Below, in pieces: positions 40,068 to 53,575 of a DNA stretch of 64,000 bases. Location of the stretch: the NCBI GenBank assembly GCA_964016885.1, contig OZ024741.1, positions 113,584,001-113,648,000 of the forward strand, in the 5' to 3' direction. Each line of letters begins with the position of its first letter. Position 1 is the stretch's first letter. The translations under genes and the position numbers were made by a program. The notes under the pieces are model-generated. The model worked only from the letters and a program-made list of their open reading frames with translations. It made no database searches and had not been told where the DNA came from. The DNA comes from Eledone cirrhosa. Its lineage: Eukaryota.

Positions 40068-40562
40068 GTAAGTAGCTAAGTAGCTCATCGGTTTATATAT
40101 ATCCATTGATTTTTCCCCCAGATAAAATCTAAGATAATGGAGCTACATTTTGGAAGAATTAGAATTTTCAAAGAATGTTTTAAATTAAAATGAATTAGTT
40201 ATTAACGTTAAATTAAAGGAGCCAATTGTCAGATCAGATGAAGAAAACTGATTTTTGGGGTTTTTTCTCCTGTCAGAAAGAGGCAGGGTTTGAACTCAAA
40301 ATAAACTGAGATTAGATACCACAAAACATCCTGTTTAATGTTTCAATTCAACAATAATTGTTTCTACTTTTGGCACAAGGCCAGCAATTACCCACTACAT
40401 TACTGGTACTTTATTTTATCGACCTCGTAAGGATGAAAGGCAAAGTTAACCTCAACAGGATTTGAACTCAGACCATAAAGGGCCGTAACTATGCTAGAAA
40501 GTATGGTGTCCAACCCTCTACCAATACTGCCAATCCACAACAATAATACCAGTCAACTATCT

Positions 40563-40836
40563 CTGGACTAGTACTATATTACCTGGCCTACTACTGTATT
40601 ATCTGGCCTACTATATTATCAGGCCTACTATATTATCAGGCCTACTACTGTATTATCTGACCTACTACTGTATTATCTGACCTACTACTGTATTATCTGG
40701 CCTACTACTGTATTATCTGACCTACTACTGTATTATCTGACCTACTACTGTATTATCTGACCTACTACTGTATTATCTGACCTACTACTGTATTATCTGG
40801 CCTACTACTGTATTATCTGGCCTACCACTGTATTAT
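40563..40836. repeat. 20-bp minisatellite (cctactactgtattatctg[a/g]) ~13 copies
   Basis: Direct reading; a few shorter variant units at the start. Confidence 0.95.
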
Positions 40837-41673
40837 GATGATAATAATAATGAATTTCTGGAAGCATTGAAGTTTTGAAGGATGCAGTGTCCCGACAGCT
40901 AAAAACTCATGCAGGTAGTTTCATCCATTCTTCAGCAACTCTGAGCATAAAGTGTATTATCGACCCCTGAATTGATGAAATACAAAGTTGACCTTGACAG
41001 GATTTGAACTCATAAAATCAGCATTTAATCTGACACTCTATTGACTGTCAGTTTGCAGCCTGTCTTCATCACCATCATCATTATCATCATTGTTTAACAT
41101 CTGCTTTCTCTGTTAAGAAGAGCTGGACGTTTCATTAGCAGACCAGGCTGGTACTCAAGCAAAGGTACTGACCCTACTGATGGGCCAGCAGACTGCAATT
41201 TGCTTATATATCATCCTGTGTTCTACGATGAAATAACATAAATATATCATAAAATCATAATTTATTAATCACTAATAAATTTACAATGTAATATTTTTTC
41301 TTTTTAATTACTTCTTGGGCTGTACATTTTTATATAGCAGAATCATTATTTTTCACTGCTTAATGAGTGAGGGAAAAAGAAAAGACTCATCAAATTGGAG
41401 CTCAGTACACACTATAAAGCGGTGGGTGATAAGAAGGGTATCCAGCTTTAGAAAGCTTGCCAAACAGAGGCTTAGGATGATCTCTCAAGTGTTTCAAAGA
41501 CATGACAACTTCTCTAGTGCTGGTGCCGTCATAAAATACATTCAGTAGAACATGGAACAATATGAGAGATGTGAACCACTGACCTGTCTGGGAGGTCAAT
41601 AGCCCTGTTTCAATACTGATTCAATCTGTGAAGACCTCTCCAACACTTCTTAGCAGGGCAATGATGCTCATGA

Positions 41674-41735
<62 letters not shown>

Positions 41736-42259
41736 GTTTTTACCTCCATTTTTCCACGCTTGCATGGGTAGGACATGTGTATATATGTATAGTACTTAAG
41801 CAAAATGATACATGTTCAAAACTGTGCATCTGTATAGCTTTTGATTTGACACTGTAGTGTATAAAGTAACCTTCATCATCATTGACAATATTTCAAATAT
41901 CCTTTTCTTCTTTAGAAAGTACATTTATTTCAAAATTGCAAATACTCTTGGACGAAAAAAGAATGTAGCATATGAATATGGGTTTTGTGTGTATCTATAT
42001 ACATACACATACATACTTATATATATATGTATATATACATACAAACATAAATAGTTATACCTATATATATATATATATATACAGACACACACACATATAT
42101 ATACATATATATATATATATATGCAAGAAACATCCACATCTATAATCAACAACTTGGTAGAGCAGTCTAGATTTTCCTTTGTATTAACCATCTTGCCAAC
42201 AACAACCCTGAGTACCTTTTTCATTTCCATGTGTCTAACCCATGTGGGCATGCCCACAA

Positions 42260-42582
42260 AGTCAGAAAGCAGCACAGCTCCCATGACTTTCGGAAACATT
42301 TTTTCATGCTCAGAGTTGCTGAAGCATGGAACAAACTACTTGCATCAGTTGTTAGCTGTTGAGAGACTGCATCCTTTAAGGCCTCCATGCTTCCCGAGAT
42401 CCGCCAACACTACAGCTAATGTTCCCCCTCCATACACATACACACATGTATACCATGACTCATACACTATTCACCTCCCCCACATTTGTGTATTATTCTA
42501 TGTACTATACATACACCTTTGACGAGTTGTAGTGCAGCTGAGCACTTTACACAATAATTTCATTATTATTATTATTATTATT
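42260..42582 (+). mobile_element. 3' end of a CR1/Jockey-group LINE with (ATT)n tail
   Basis: Encodes HDFRKHFFMLRVAEAWNKL..SVV; related pieces at 40860-40950(-) and 44770-44910(-). Confidence 0.7.
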
Positions 42583-43067
42583 ATATTGTTTCTGTCATTG
42601 TTGTTTTTCTTACACCAAATAAACAGAATGTATATAATATGGTGAATAAAATTATAGAGGAAAGAAACAATGTAACAAAATGTAATATCAATAGTGCTGA
42701 TGAGGGAGATGGTGATATTTTTAAATAATAAAAATATTTGTTTCTATTTTAGGCACAAAGCCAGCAATATGAGGGGGGGGGGGGGGGGGGGGCAATTAAA
42801 TTGACCTCAATTGACCTCAATGCATTACTGGTGCTTTATTTTATCAACTCTGTAAGGTTGAAAAGCAAAGCTAACCTCGGTGGGATTTGATGCGGATGAA
42901 AGTAAGATGGTTCAGAGTGATATCTAGAATGTAGGAAAAGAGCACAATAGAAGTGTGAAGTGGCTAACTAACATCAAAGATGACATTGGAGATAATCAAC
43001 AGTGAAAATTGGAGATAACAACTGATATGGTAACTATCCAGATTGGAAAGTCCCTGTCAGAAACGGT

Positions 43068-43990
43068 GTGCAAGGATTCTGGTTGAAAAATATGAGGGCC
43101 CTTCATGGGATAATTGCTGAGCAACTGAAGATTTTGAATGGAGATAGAGAGGTTGCTTCATCGTGGGACCACAGAATGAATGAGAAGGAAAGTGAGAAAG
43201 TTGAGAAGTACCAGGAGCTAAAGAGAGAAAACAGGAAACTGTGGAGAATCAGACACATAGAAGTGGTACCAATTGTGGTTGGCACACTTGAAGCAGTTAG
43301 AAGGTTGGATACATGGCTTGAGAAGCTAGGAATTACCATCAGGACAGGATTGTTACAGAAAACAGCCTTGCTGGAAATAGCAAGAATGCTAAGAAGGGTG
43401 TTGAAAAGTTGGAGGAGAAGGAATGACTCAAGGGACCTTTGGCTTGCTCTTTTGGTTTAGTGTCAGTATTAACATCTGCAAGAACAAAAGTGTTACAAAT
43501 AATAATTATAATAATATCTAAAACAAAATGATGTAAAGATCCTGTGGGACTTTGTGATACAGTGTGACCATGAGATTGAGCATAGGAGACCAGATATTGT
43601 ATTAATTGAGGTAGAAAGCAAACAATGTTGGATCATAGATATAGCCTGTCCAGCTGATAACAAGGTATGTAATAAACAAGGAAAAAAAATTGATAGATAT
43701 GACAGGTTAGCTTTGGAGGTTAAGCAGTTGTAATTACTGAAAAAGGTGGTGGTAATACCAATAATAGTTGGAGTCTTGGGAACAGTGAGTAAAGATCTTG
43801 AGTACATTAAACAAATAGGGGTTGCAATATGGGTGGAACACTTACAACAAAAAACAGCATTGCTTGAAATAGCTCGGGTACTTCGGACGGTACTCAAAAA
43901 AAAGGTGTATTACTTCAGTTCACTGATAGTGAACAGCTGACACTGTAATACATCTTCAGCGTTAGAAGCTGAGACAAGAAACAACAATAA
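43068..43990 (+). mobile_element. Two fragments of R4/Dong-like non-LTR elements (restriction-like endonuclease C-terminus)
   Basis: KILWDFVIQCDHEIEHRRPDIVLI...IIDIACPAD...K.DRY and EKVEKYQEL...VVPIVVGTL...LQKTALL; (TAA)n tails. Confidence 0.8.
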
Positions 43991-44192
43991 TAATAATAAT
44001 AATAATTGTTTCTACTTTTGGCACAAGGCCAGCAATTACCCAGTGTCTTACTGGTACTTTATTTTATCGACCATGTAAGGATGAAAGGATAAGTTAAACT
44101 CGGCGGGATTTGAACTCAGAATGCCAAGGGCCGTAATTCTATGCATCAAAGCATGGCTTCCGACCCTTTACCGATACTGCCAATCCACTAAC

Positions 44193-44227
<35 letters not shown>

Positions 44228-44580
44228 ATACTATACAGAACCAAATAAGAAATAAAAAATTGGAAGTTAAATATTATTTAATAAAATAATTATATATTTA
44301 ATAATAAAAGCTGAAATCAAATGAACAAAAACACCACCACCAATTCAAAGCTATTGTTATATTTTTTATATTACTAAATCTTCACATTGGGAGGGATGTT
44401 CTAGAAATGAACTCAATTTTACATTCCTCTGAATGGAAACGGATGTTAGTAGTTTGGAAATTCACTCACATCCCCACTTCACGACCACTACTGTAATATC
44501 TGTCCCAACTACCATCAACTTAACTGCCGCTATGAATCACTGACACTACTACTACTTATTGTAATCATATAAATAAATAA

Positions 44581-44647
<67 letters not shown>

Positions 44648-45150
44648 TATATATACACACACACTATGTGTGTAAAAACCTCCAGTAAATATGTGGTACA
44701 CTAAAAGTATTTATTTTTGCTTGTGTGTGTGTGATTGGGTTTATATGCATTTAGTTGGTAAACATATATAATGAAATTATAGTGTACAGTGCTCAGGTGC
44801 ACTACAACTCATCAAAAGTGAATGTATAGTACATAGAATAATGTACAAATGTCAGGAAAGGGAACAGTGTATGAGTCATGATATGAGTGTATATGTGTAT
44901 GGAGAGGAAGTGGACATTAGAATGATGGAGATATGTATGCATATATATTTCATATGGAAATGACTTCTACGGGACTACAACTGTTTCATTCATTTGAAAT
45001 CATCAAAACATATTGATAATTTCAAACAAATGAAACAGATCTAGTCCTGTAGAAGTCATTTCTATATGAAATAAATATGTATCTTCTCTATAAATGTATT
45101 GAGTATTTAACTGTGGTTCTCTTTCATTCATTTTTGTAAAACCATTCTTA

Positions 45151-45196
<46 letters not shown>

Positions 45197-46029
45197 CATA
45201 CATACACACACACGTGTGTATGTGTATGGCATGATGCATATATTTCATATTTAATACATATAATCACATAGTTACTTGGATGAATAAGATGAGGGCAGTG
45301 GAATGGAGTGGGGAGAAATATCTTGATTATAACCCAAATTTACATTAAAAAACAAAACAAAAGAACCTACCACTGTCACCAGCACCACCATCACCACAAC
45401 TACCATAACCACCTCTGCTACCAGCACCAGCACTGCTACCTTTATCACCACAACTACAAAAATTACAAAAAGAAAGAAACTACCCACCACCACTACCAAA
45501 AAAAAAAAAATCAAAAATAAAGAGAAATCATTATCTGACAAATAATGACATGTCCACAAAAATCTAATCTATATAAATTTGATGAAAATAAGTAAATTTA
45601 TTGGTTGCATTCATTCTATAATAACTATCTTAGCAAATTGAACAATTTTTGTCTCCCCCCACCCTGCCACTTTTTTATTTCGTGCTTCCACCCCACCTCT
45701 AAACAACACACCACCACTAGTAGCACTGCATTTTAAGCTCTTCTTTTCCCTCCTCCAGCAACCCCCACCTTCATCACAACATTATATGCTCCCTACATCT
45801 AGTAGCCCCACCACCATTTCATTTTATGCACCTTTCTCTATTGAGCTCAGTGGATAGAGTAGTCAACCAGTATCTGAAAGATGTGGAGTTTGATTCATCA
45901 TAGACCACTGCCTACTTTTTTCACATCTATAAGGGGTCTTTACTCAATTTTCAAAGCTATTTATAGCAATCAACTTTATTTACAGTTATTTTCCTGCATC
46001 TGAGTTTTCCTGTATTCTCTCTCTCTATA

Positions 46030-47449
46030 AAAATTCAAGCATGTTTTGCAGTGTGAGGACCAGAAACAGGAGGTGTTCAGGATTGTGAGACAGTGTGCTA
46101 GAGAAAATTGTGATGTCATTGGAGAGAAGCGTGTCCGGAATGATAAAGGTGAGCTTGCCCTCACAAGTGCTGAGAAAAAAGCTGCTTAGAAGAGCCATTT
46201 TGATAGATTACTAAATGAGGAGAATGCATGGGAGAAAGAGACTCTACTCCAAGTGGACCCTATAGAGGGACCAGCAATACAAGTCAGCAGCAACGCAGTA
46301 AGTAAGGCAATTAAAGATATGAAGACTGGGAAGGCAACCAGTCCATCAAGCATAGCTACCGAGATGCTGAAAACATCTTGGTCGGTAGGTCACACCATAA
46401 CCACACAAATTGTTAACCAGATAATACTAGAGGGTATCATACCAAAGGATTGGTGCAGCAGCATCATTGTCAACTGCTACAAGGGTAAAGGTGATGCACT
46501 AGATAGACGAAACTATAGAGGTATAAAGCTGATGAACCAGGTTATGAAAGTAACGGAAAGAGTTATAGCACAGTTGATTAGGGACCGGGTTAAACTAGAT
46601 AAGATGCAGTTTGGGTTTGTGCCAGGAAAAAGCACCACTGATGCTCTCTTCCTTGTGAGGCAGTTACAGGAAAAGTACTTAACTAAAAGTAAATTGCTCT
46701 ACCTGGCATTTGTCAATCTGGAAAAAGCCTTCAACAGAGTGCCCCATGGTGGACTCTTAGAAAACTAGGAGTAGATGAATGGCTTGTAAAAGTCATACAA
46801 GCTATGTATAGGGGAGCAGTCAGCAAAGTTAGGGTTAACAATGACTATAGTGTAGATTAGAAAGAAACGGAGCTTGCATGCTCCGATGGATGTGTAATAG
46901 TAATATATGCAAATGGCAAATCATAAACGAATTGAGAGAGAGACCGAGCATAAGAGGAATCAAATGCTGTGTGCATGAGAGGAAGTTGCCTTGGTATGGA
47001 CATGTCATGCGTATGAAGGATGACAGCTGCATAAAAAGGTGCATAGCACTAAAAGTTGATGGGACCCATGGAGTAGGGGGACCCAAGAAAACCTGGGATG
47101 AGGTGAGAAAGTGGACCTTGCCTAATTGTACACCTCAAAGAAGACCCGAATTCCCACGGGTACAAGATGAAGCTGAAGCACATAGACAATATGTCTTCCC
47201 ACTACAAAGTGGTCGTGGAGGTGTCACAACAAAAAAGCTCCCAGCCCACACTGTAAAGTGGACATGTAGGCACCACAGTAAAATAGCACCCAGCACTCAC
47301 TTAAATGAGGTTGGTGTGAGGAAGAGCATGCAGCTGTAGAAATCAAACCAAAATCAGTTCCCGTTTGAGCAAGACAAGGTCACCCAACTTGGGCAATCAA
47401 TCTAACCCATGCTAGCGTGGAAGAATGGATGTAAAATAGTGATGATGAT
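46030..47449 (+). mobile_element. Degenerate, internally deleted RTE LINE with SINE-like 3' portion
   Basis: ORFs 46253-46768 (RT N-terminal half) and 46878-47339 (C-terminus). Confidence 0.9.
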
Positions 47450-47698
47450 AATATGTATGCATAACACGTAGAATCCCGATTTATATTGGGAGTAAACACA
47501 GTTAAAAAAATACTCAATACATTGATGGATTAGAGACATCTTTATTACATATATAGGACTAGAACTGTTTCATTCCTGATTACTTCACATGAATGAAACA
47601 GTTTTAGTCCTGTCGAAGTCATTTTAAAATGCCTATACTCTATCACTGTATTGAGTACCTTCTATAATTGTGGTTAACCCCACTCCTGCATAATTCGA

Positions 47699-47748
<50 letters not shown>

Positions 47749-47823
47749 ATGTTTAACCCCGACGGCAGAGCTCAAGCCGTTTCGACGGGTATAAATATAT
47801 ATATATATAATATATATAGATAT

Positions 47824-49066
47824 ATACTTAGCTTTTGTTGACCTAGAGAAGGCCTTTCATAGGGTATTCCAATCTGTCATCTGGTGGTCCCTAAGGAAAC
47901 TAGGTGTTAAGAAATGGCTTGTGAGGACAGTGCAAGGTTTGTACAGAGGTGCTGTCAGTAAAGTGAGGGTAGGAATGGAGTTTAGTGAGGAATTCCAGAT
48001 ACAAGTAGGAGTACATCAGGGTTCGGTCCTCAGCGCGCTCTTGTTCATTATAGTCCTCCAAGCCATAACAGAGGAGTTTAAAACTGGCTGTCCATGGGAA
48101 CTTCTCTATGCTGACGATCTGGTTCTTATAGCAGAATCAGTAGAGGAGCTGGAGAATAGATTCTGGCTATGGAAACAGCAGTTGGAATCAAGAGGACTGA
48201 GAGTGAACCTAGCTAAGACAAAAGTGTTGATGAGTAGAAAAGAGAACAAAACTCTCATCCGTCAGGGAAATATGCAAAAAAGGAACTGGCATAAATTCTA
48301 TGCCAGATCTTGGGTACACAAGAGATGTAGTGGGATAGCAGGCAAACTAACAGTTAGGGAGAAATATGTATGCAGTAGATGTACAGGGAAATTTTACAAT
48401 AGAAGTCGCATTGATAGAAACATTTTTCAAATGCAGGTGGGTGCTATAGAAGTGGTTGATAGCTTCCGTTACCTAGGTGATCAGATTAGCATGGGAGAGG
48501 GGTGTTCCGAGGCCATAGTATCTAGAATGATGGGTTGGAAGAAGTTTAGGGAGATGCTTCTCTGCTGACGAAGAAGGGTTTTTCCCTGCGTACAAAAGGC
48601 TGGTTATATGATGCCTGTGTGAGGTGCGCAATGCTGCATGGTAGTGAGACATGGGCAGCAACTGCAGAGGATATGGAGAGAAATGAGGCTGGAGAGAAAT
48701 GAGGCAAGCATGCTCCATTGGATGTGCAATGTCAATGTGCGTGAACGGCCGAGCATGGATGTGTTGAGAGAGAAACTGTGCCTGAGAGTGATAAATTGTT
48801 GTGTGTGGGAGAGGAGACTGGTATGGACATGTGATGAGCAGGGAGGATGACCGATGGGTGAAGAAGTGCCAAGAAATGCCAGTTAAAGGAAGACGTAGTA
48901 GAGGAAGACCACGAAAAACATGGGCAGAGGTGGTGAGAGTGAACCTCAGATTGCTGAAGCTCACGGTGAAGTTGACAAAGGACCATGACAAGTGGACAGA
49001 TGCTGTGCTGAATAGGACCCGTCCCACCCTTGCAAGCAGGGAAAAGTAGATGTAAAATGATGATGA
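47824..49066 (+). mobile_element. 5'-truncated RTE LINE (second subfamily)
   Basis: ORF 47921-48568 GVHQGSVLS, LLYADD, FRYLG; (GAT)n tail. Confidence 0.93.
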
Positions 49067-49413
49067 TATATATAATATCTATATATATATAATATATATA
49101 TATATATATAATATATATATATATATATAATATATATATATATATATACTCTTTTACCTGTTCCAGCCATCCGGCTGGGGCACCGCCCTTGTTGCTACAC
49201 ATTTTATCTCCAGCCTGTATTGGTTGGCCACTGGTGTAAGAGGGAGTTTGTTGCTGCTGCCCTTAGGTTTCCCTCATGCCTTGCTGTGGACTCGTCCGGG
49301 ATCCTGGATAGCAAGGTGTCGAGATGTTTCTTGAAGACATCCTCCTCCACACCATGCAGATCTCTCAGATCCCTCGGCAGCTTGTTGAAGAGTTGAGGGC
49401 CTTTGAAGTATAT

Positions 49414-49489
<76 letters not shown>

Positions 49490-49884
49490 ATATATATGGG
49501 AAAAGGTATGACCTTTACCTATTACCCACTTTACTACCCGAAATATTGAGGACTCTGGTGCATTATGGTCCATCTGGTTACTTACCACAATTTCTTTATA
49601 TATATAATATATATATATATAAACAAAATATATATATATAATATATATATATATATATAATATATAATATATATATAATATATATATATATATAATATAT
49701 ATATATAATATATATATATATAATATATATATATATAATATATATACAATAAACAATTAAGTTAAAAATGTAAAAATGTTTAAGCGTCAGTCATACAAAA
49801 GTGAGTTACAAACGAAACGAAATTTAATTTCGTTTCGTTATTTGTTTTTATCGTCTCCGTTGTACCGGTACGTACTCACGCTCT

Positions 49885-49918
49885 ATGCAAATTAGTCTGC
49901 CCACTACTAATTTTCATA
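49885..49918 (+). promoter_or_regulatory. Octamer ATGCAAAT plus conserved TAATTTTCATA box (putative snRNA-type internal promoter)
   Basis: Both motifs and their 15-16-nt spacing are conserved in the diverged 472-bp unit (56614-56648, minus strand). Confidence 0.45.
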
Positions 49919-49977
49919 GAAAAAGCATATAACGATATGTGCTTTTACGATTCTCTAGAGAGGCCGGAAGATAGGTA

Positions 49978-50022
49978 AATATTGCTGATGAGATGTAACA
50001 ACATCGAAACTAGTTCAATATT
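49978..50022 (+). ncRNA. Type I hammerhead ribozyme (family A)
   Basis: aatattg CTGATGA gatgt aaca acatc GAAAC ta GTT caatatt: 7-bp stem I, 5-bp stem II, palindromic ACTAGT. Confidence 0.88.
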
Positions 50023-51003
50023 CCTTGTCTGGCTTTCTGGAGAATAGAGGAAAGGTGTTTCCTCAAAAACCAGTATGACTCTAAAAACCGGTTTGTCTGT
50101 GTGTTTACATACAGAATAGCTGGACACTCACAGTAAAGTGACCAGTGAAAAACTCGGTACATCTACATATGTATACGTGTGTGTATTCATATGCATACTA
50201 GTATTTCAGTATACATATGTGGATGTACATTTTTAACTTAATTGTTTAAGCGTCAGTCATACAAAAGTGAGTTACAAACGAAACAAAATTTAATTTCGTT
50301 TCGTTATTTGTTTTTATATATACACTATATATATATATATAATATATATATATATAATATATATATATATATAATATATATATATATAATATATATATAT
50401 AATATATATATATAATATATATATATATAATATATATATATATAATATATATATATAATATATATATATATATAATATATATATAATATTTATATATATA
50501 TATATAATATATATATAATATTTATATATATAATATATCATCATCATCATCATCATCAACGTTTAACGTCCGTGTTCCATGCTTGCATGGGTTTGGACGG
50601 GGGTTTTCCCACTTGAGGCAAGAGTGATTGTCTTGCTTGCATAGGACTGTCTGGCAGTTTTTCTACAGTTGGATGCCCTATATATATACTATATATATAA
50701 TATATATATATATATACTATATATATAATATATATATATAATATATATATATATAATATATATATATGTAATATATATATATATAATATATATATATAAT
50801 TGTTTCTATTTTAGGCACAAGGCCAGCAATACACCCAGTGCATTACTGGTACTTTATTTTATCGACCCCGTAAGGATGAAAGGCAAAGTCAACCTCAGCG
50901 GGATTTCAACTCAGATCGTAAAGGGACGTAACTATGCTGGAAAGCATGGCGTCCGACCCTCTACCGATACTGCCAATCCAATAATATATATATATAATAT
51001 ATT

Positions 51004-51036
<33 letters not shown>

Positions 51037-51054
51037 ATATATATATATATATAT

Positions 51055-51133
<79 letters not shown>

Positions 51134-51454
51134 ATATAATATATATATATATAATATATATAATATATATATTTATATATATATAATATATATATTTATA
51201 TATATATAATATATATATATATATATAATATATATATATATATTATATATATATATATTATATAACGAAGGAGTTGTGGTAAGGAACCAGATGGACCATA
51301 ACGCACCAGAGTACTCAATACTTAGGGTAGTAGAGTGGGTAATAGGAAAATATATGACCCCGACGGCAGAGCTCAAGCCGTTTCGACGGCTATTTTTGGA
51401 CTTAGAAATAGCCTTCGAAACGGCATGAGCTCTGCCGTCGGGGTCATACATTTT

Positions 51455-51491
<37 letters not shown>

Positions 51492-51769
51492 AAATAAAAT
51501 AAATAAGTCAAATGTTTAAAATTTCGCTTTGTTTATTACTGCTATATATATTGGGTGTGACCTCTTCAGGCAGTCCGAATTAGTGTGGTAGAGACGAGTA
51601 CACATGTTGGTGAGGTGTAACTTTGTCAATACTCTGATATGCCCAGTTCCTGGTTGGGTTGTTATTTCACTGAGGAAGCATACTGAGGTGTTGGTATACA
51701 ACCAACATATACTCAAAATTTATATATATATATATAATATATATATATATATATTATATATGACTCATG

Positions 51770-52897
51770 CCACCCTCCCACTGTTTTTAGAAACTTTGTG
51801 AAGAATATCAGTACTAGAATCTCAAACCTCTCCTCTAATAAGGCTATCTTTGATAGGGCGACACCCTACTATAACACGGCGTTGGCTAACAGTGGCTTCT
51901 CACAACCTATCACTTACTCTCCCACTAGCAACAACACCATTAAGAAAAGTAAGCGCAACAATAGACACACTATCTGGTTCTCTCCTCCCTTCTCACTCAA
52001 CGTTAAAACCAATATAGGAAAAAAATTTCTAGCCCTCTTAGACACTTCCCCATAGGTCATAAATACCGCTCCATCTTTAACCAACACAAGGTTAAACTAG
52101 AATACTCCTGCTCTAAGAACATGAAGGCCCACATCACCAGCAGCCCTAGGAGCAACACCCCATCAGGGTGCTCTTGCCATAAGCCTGAAGCTTGCCTCCT
52201 TCAACTGCAATGCAACACACCAGCTATAATCTATGAAGCTGTGGTCACTTCCAACCGACCAAACGAACCACAGGAGGTCAAATCCTATGTGGGCATGGCG
52301 GAGGGCCCATTCAAGTAGCGTTTCCTGAACCACCAGTCTACCATCAGATACCCAGACAGACGTTCAACCACGAAACTCCCGAGCCACGTATGGTCCCTCA
52401 AGGACTCAAGTATAGACTACTCCATTCAATGGAAAGCCATCATTAAGTCCAAGCCATACACAAGGGGAAATCCGGTGTGTGGCTTATGTATTGACGAACA
52501 AATAACTATTCTAAAGAGATTATGCAATAGTGATTGCCTAAACACGAGAAGTGAATTTATCACACGTTGTCCACACGTCACCAAACATCTATTGCATAAC
52601 TACAAGGCTCCGGACTGATTCTTTGTAATTTTATTTTTAATTTTATTTTAATTTTATTTTAATTTTATTTTAATTTTATTTTCAACCTTAAAACTTTCCG
52701 GACTTTCACAGTTATCTCCCTTACACCTCTCGCACGCAGTCTAGTAATGCCTGTGTGAAGTGATCGAGTTTCTGCGCATGCGCGTTCGTATCGTTGTCCT
52801 TCCTGTTCCTATAACCATGCACATCCCGAGCTGAAGATCCGCTAAGGTGAAACAATTGTTCTCGGTATGGTGACTAACTGTTGTGTAACCACTTCTA
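51770..52897 (+). mobile_element. 5'-truncated Penelope-like element (RT-thumb/GIY-YIG region plus pLTR)
   Basis: RISNLSS...F...YYNTALANSGF, IWFSPPFS..VKTNIGKKFL, IIYEAVV...SYVGMAEGPFK, CGLC...LNTRSE; stops and frameshifts present. Confidence 0.9.
52826..52865 (+). ncRNA. Minimal type I hammerhead in PLE pLTR
   Basis: ccgag CTGAAGA tcc gctaa ggt GAAAC aatt GTT ctcgg. Confidence 0.72.
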
Positions 52898-53294
52898 TAT
52901 ATATATATATATACATATAATATATTATATATATATATATCATTTTCATTTCATTTTACGTCCGCTTTTCCCTGCTTGAAAGGGTGGGACGGGAACAGAT
53001 TCTAGCTTGATTTCTACAGCTGGATGCCCTTCCTAACACCAACCTCATTTACAGTGAGTGCTGGGTGCTTTTTTGCTGGGGTCCTTATCATCTCATTTCT
53101 TCAGCTGAGTAAACAGGAACAATGTGAAATAAAGTGTCTTGCTCAAGGAAACAACACATCACCTGGTCTGAGAATTGAACTCACAACCTTTCGATTGCAA
53201 GGCCAATGGTCTAACCACTAAGCCATGTGCCTCCATATATAATATATATTAAAATATAAATATTAATAAAATAGATGTTCTTTTGATCAATTAC

Positions 53295-53347
53295 ATTTAA
53301 TTATACATATTTCGGATGTACAACAGTATGTCCTCATCAGACAAAAT
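53295..53347 (-). ncRNA. Type I hammerhead motif (degenerate stems I and III)
   Basis: attttgt CTGATGA gga...tcc GAAAT atgt ATA attaaat. Confidence 0.5.
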
Positions 53348-53575
53348 ATAATGATACATGACATACCCTGAGATGTTGAATGGTTAAGATTTAATCAAGG
53401 TATTTTATTAATATTTATATTTTAATATTAATAACTCCGGAAAATTTTTTCCGTAGAGTGCTTCCAATCTACTGTAAAACTCATTCTTTGACATAATCAT
53501 TGAATATTGTTTAACACTTTAATATATAATATATATATATATATATATATAATATATATAATATATATATATATA

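Larger units (their letters stand above)
49750..50317 (+). mobile_element. Family A retrozyme-like element: 1.15 x 466-bp unit with a short inverted 5' piece
   Basis: Direct repeat 49777 / 50243; 49750-49772 is the reverse complement of 50226-50248; embedded in (TA)n; colinear with the minus strand of the 472-bp array. Confidence 0.8.

Noticed and set aside
40563-40836. Regular 20-bp repeats resembling a CRISPR array
   Set aside because: No unique spacers, no cas genes and a eukaryotic context; it is a minisatellite.
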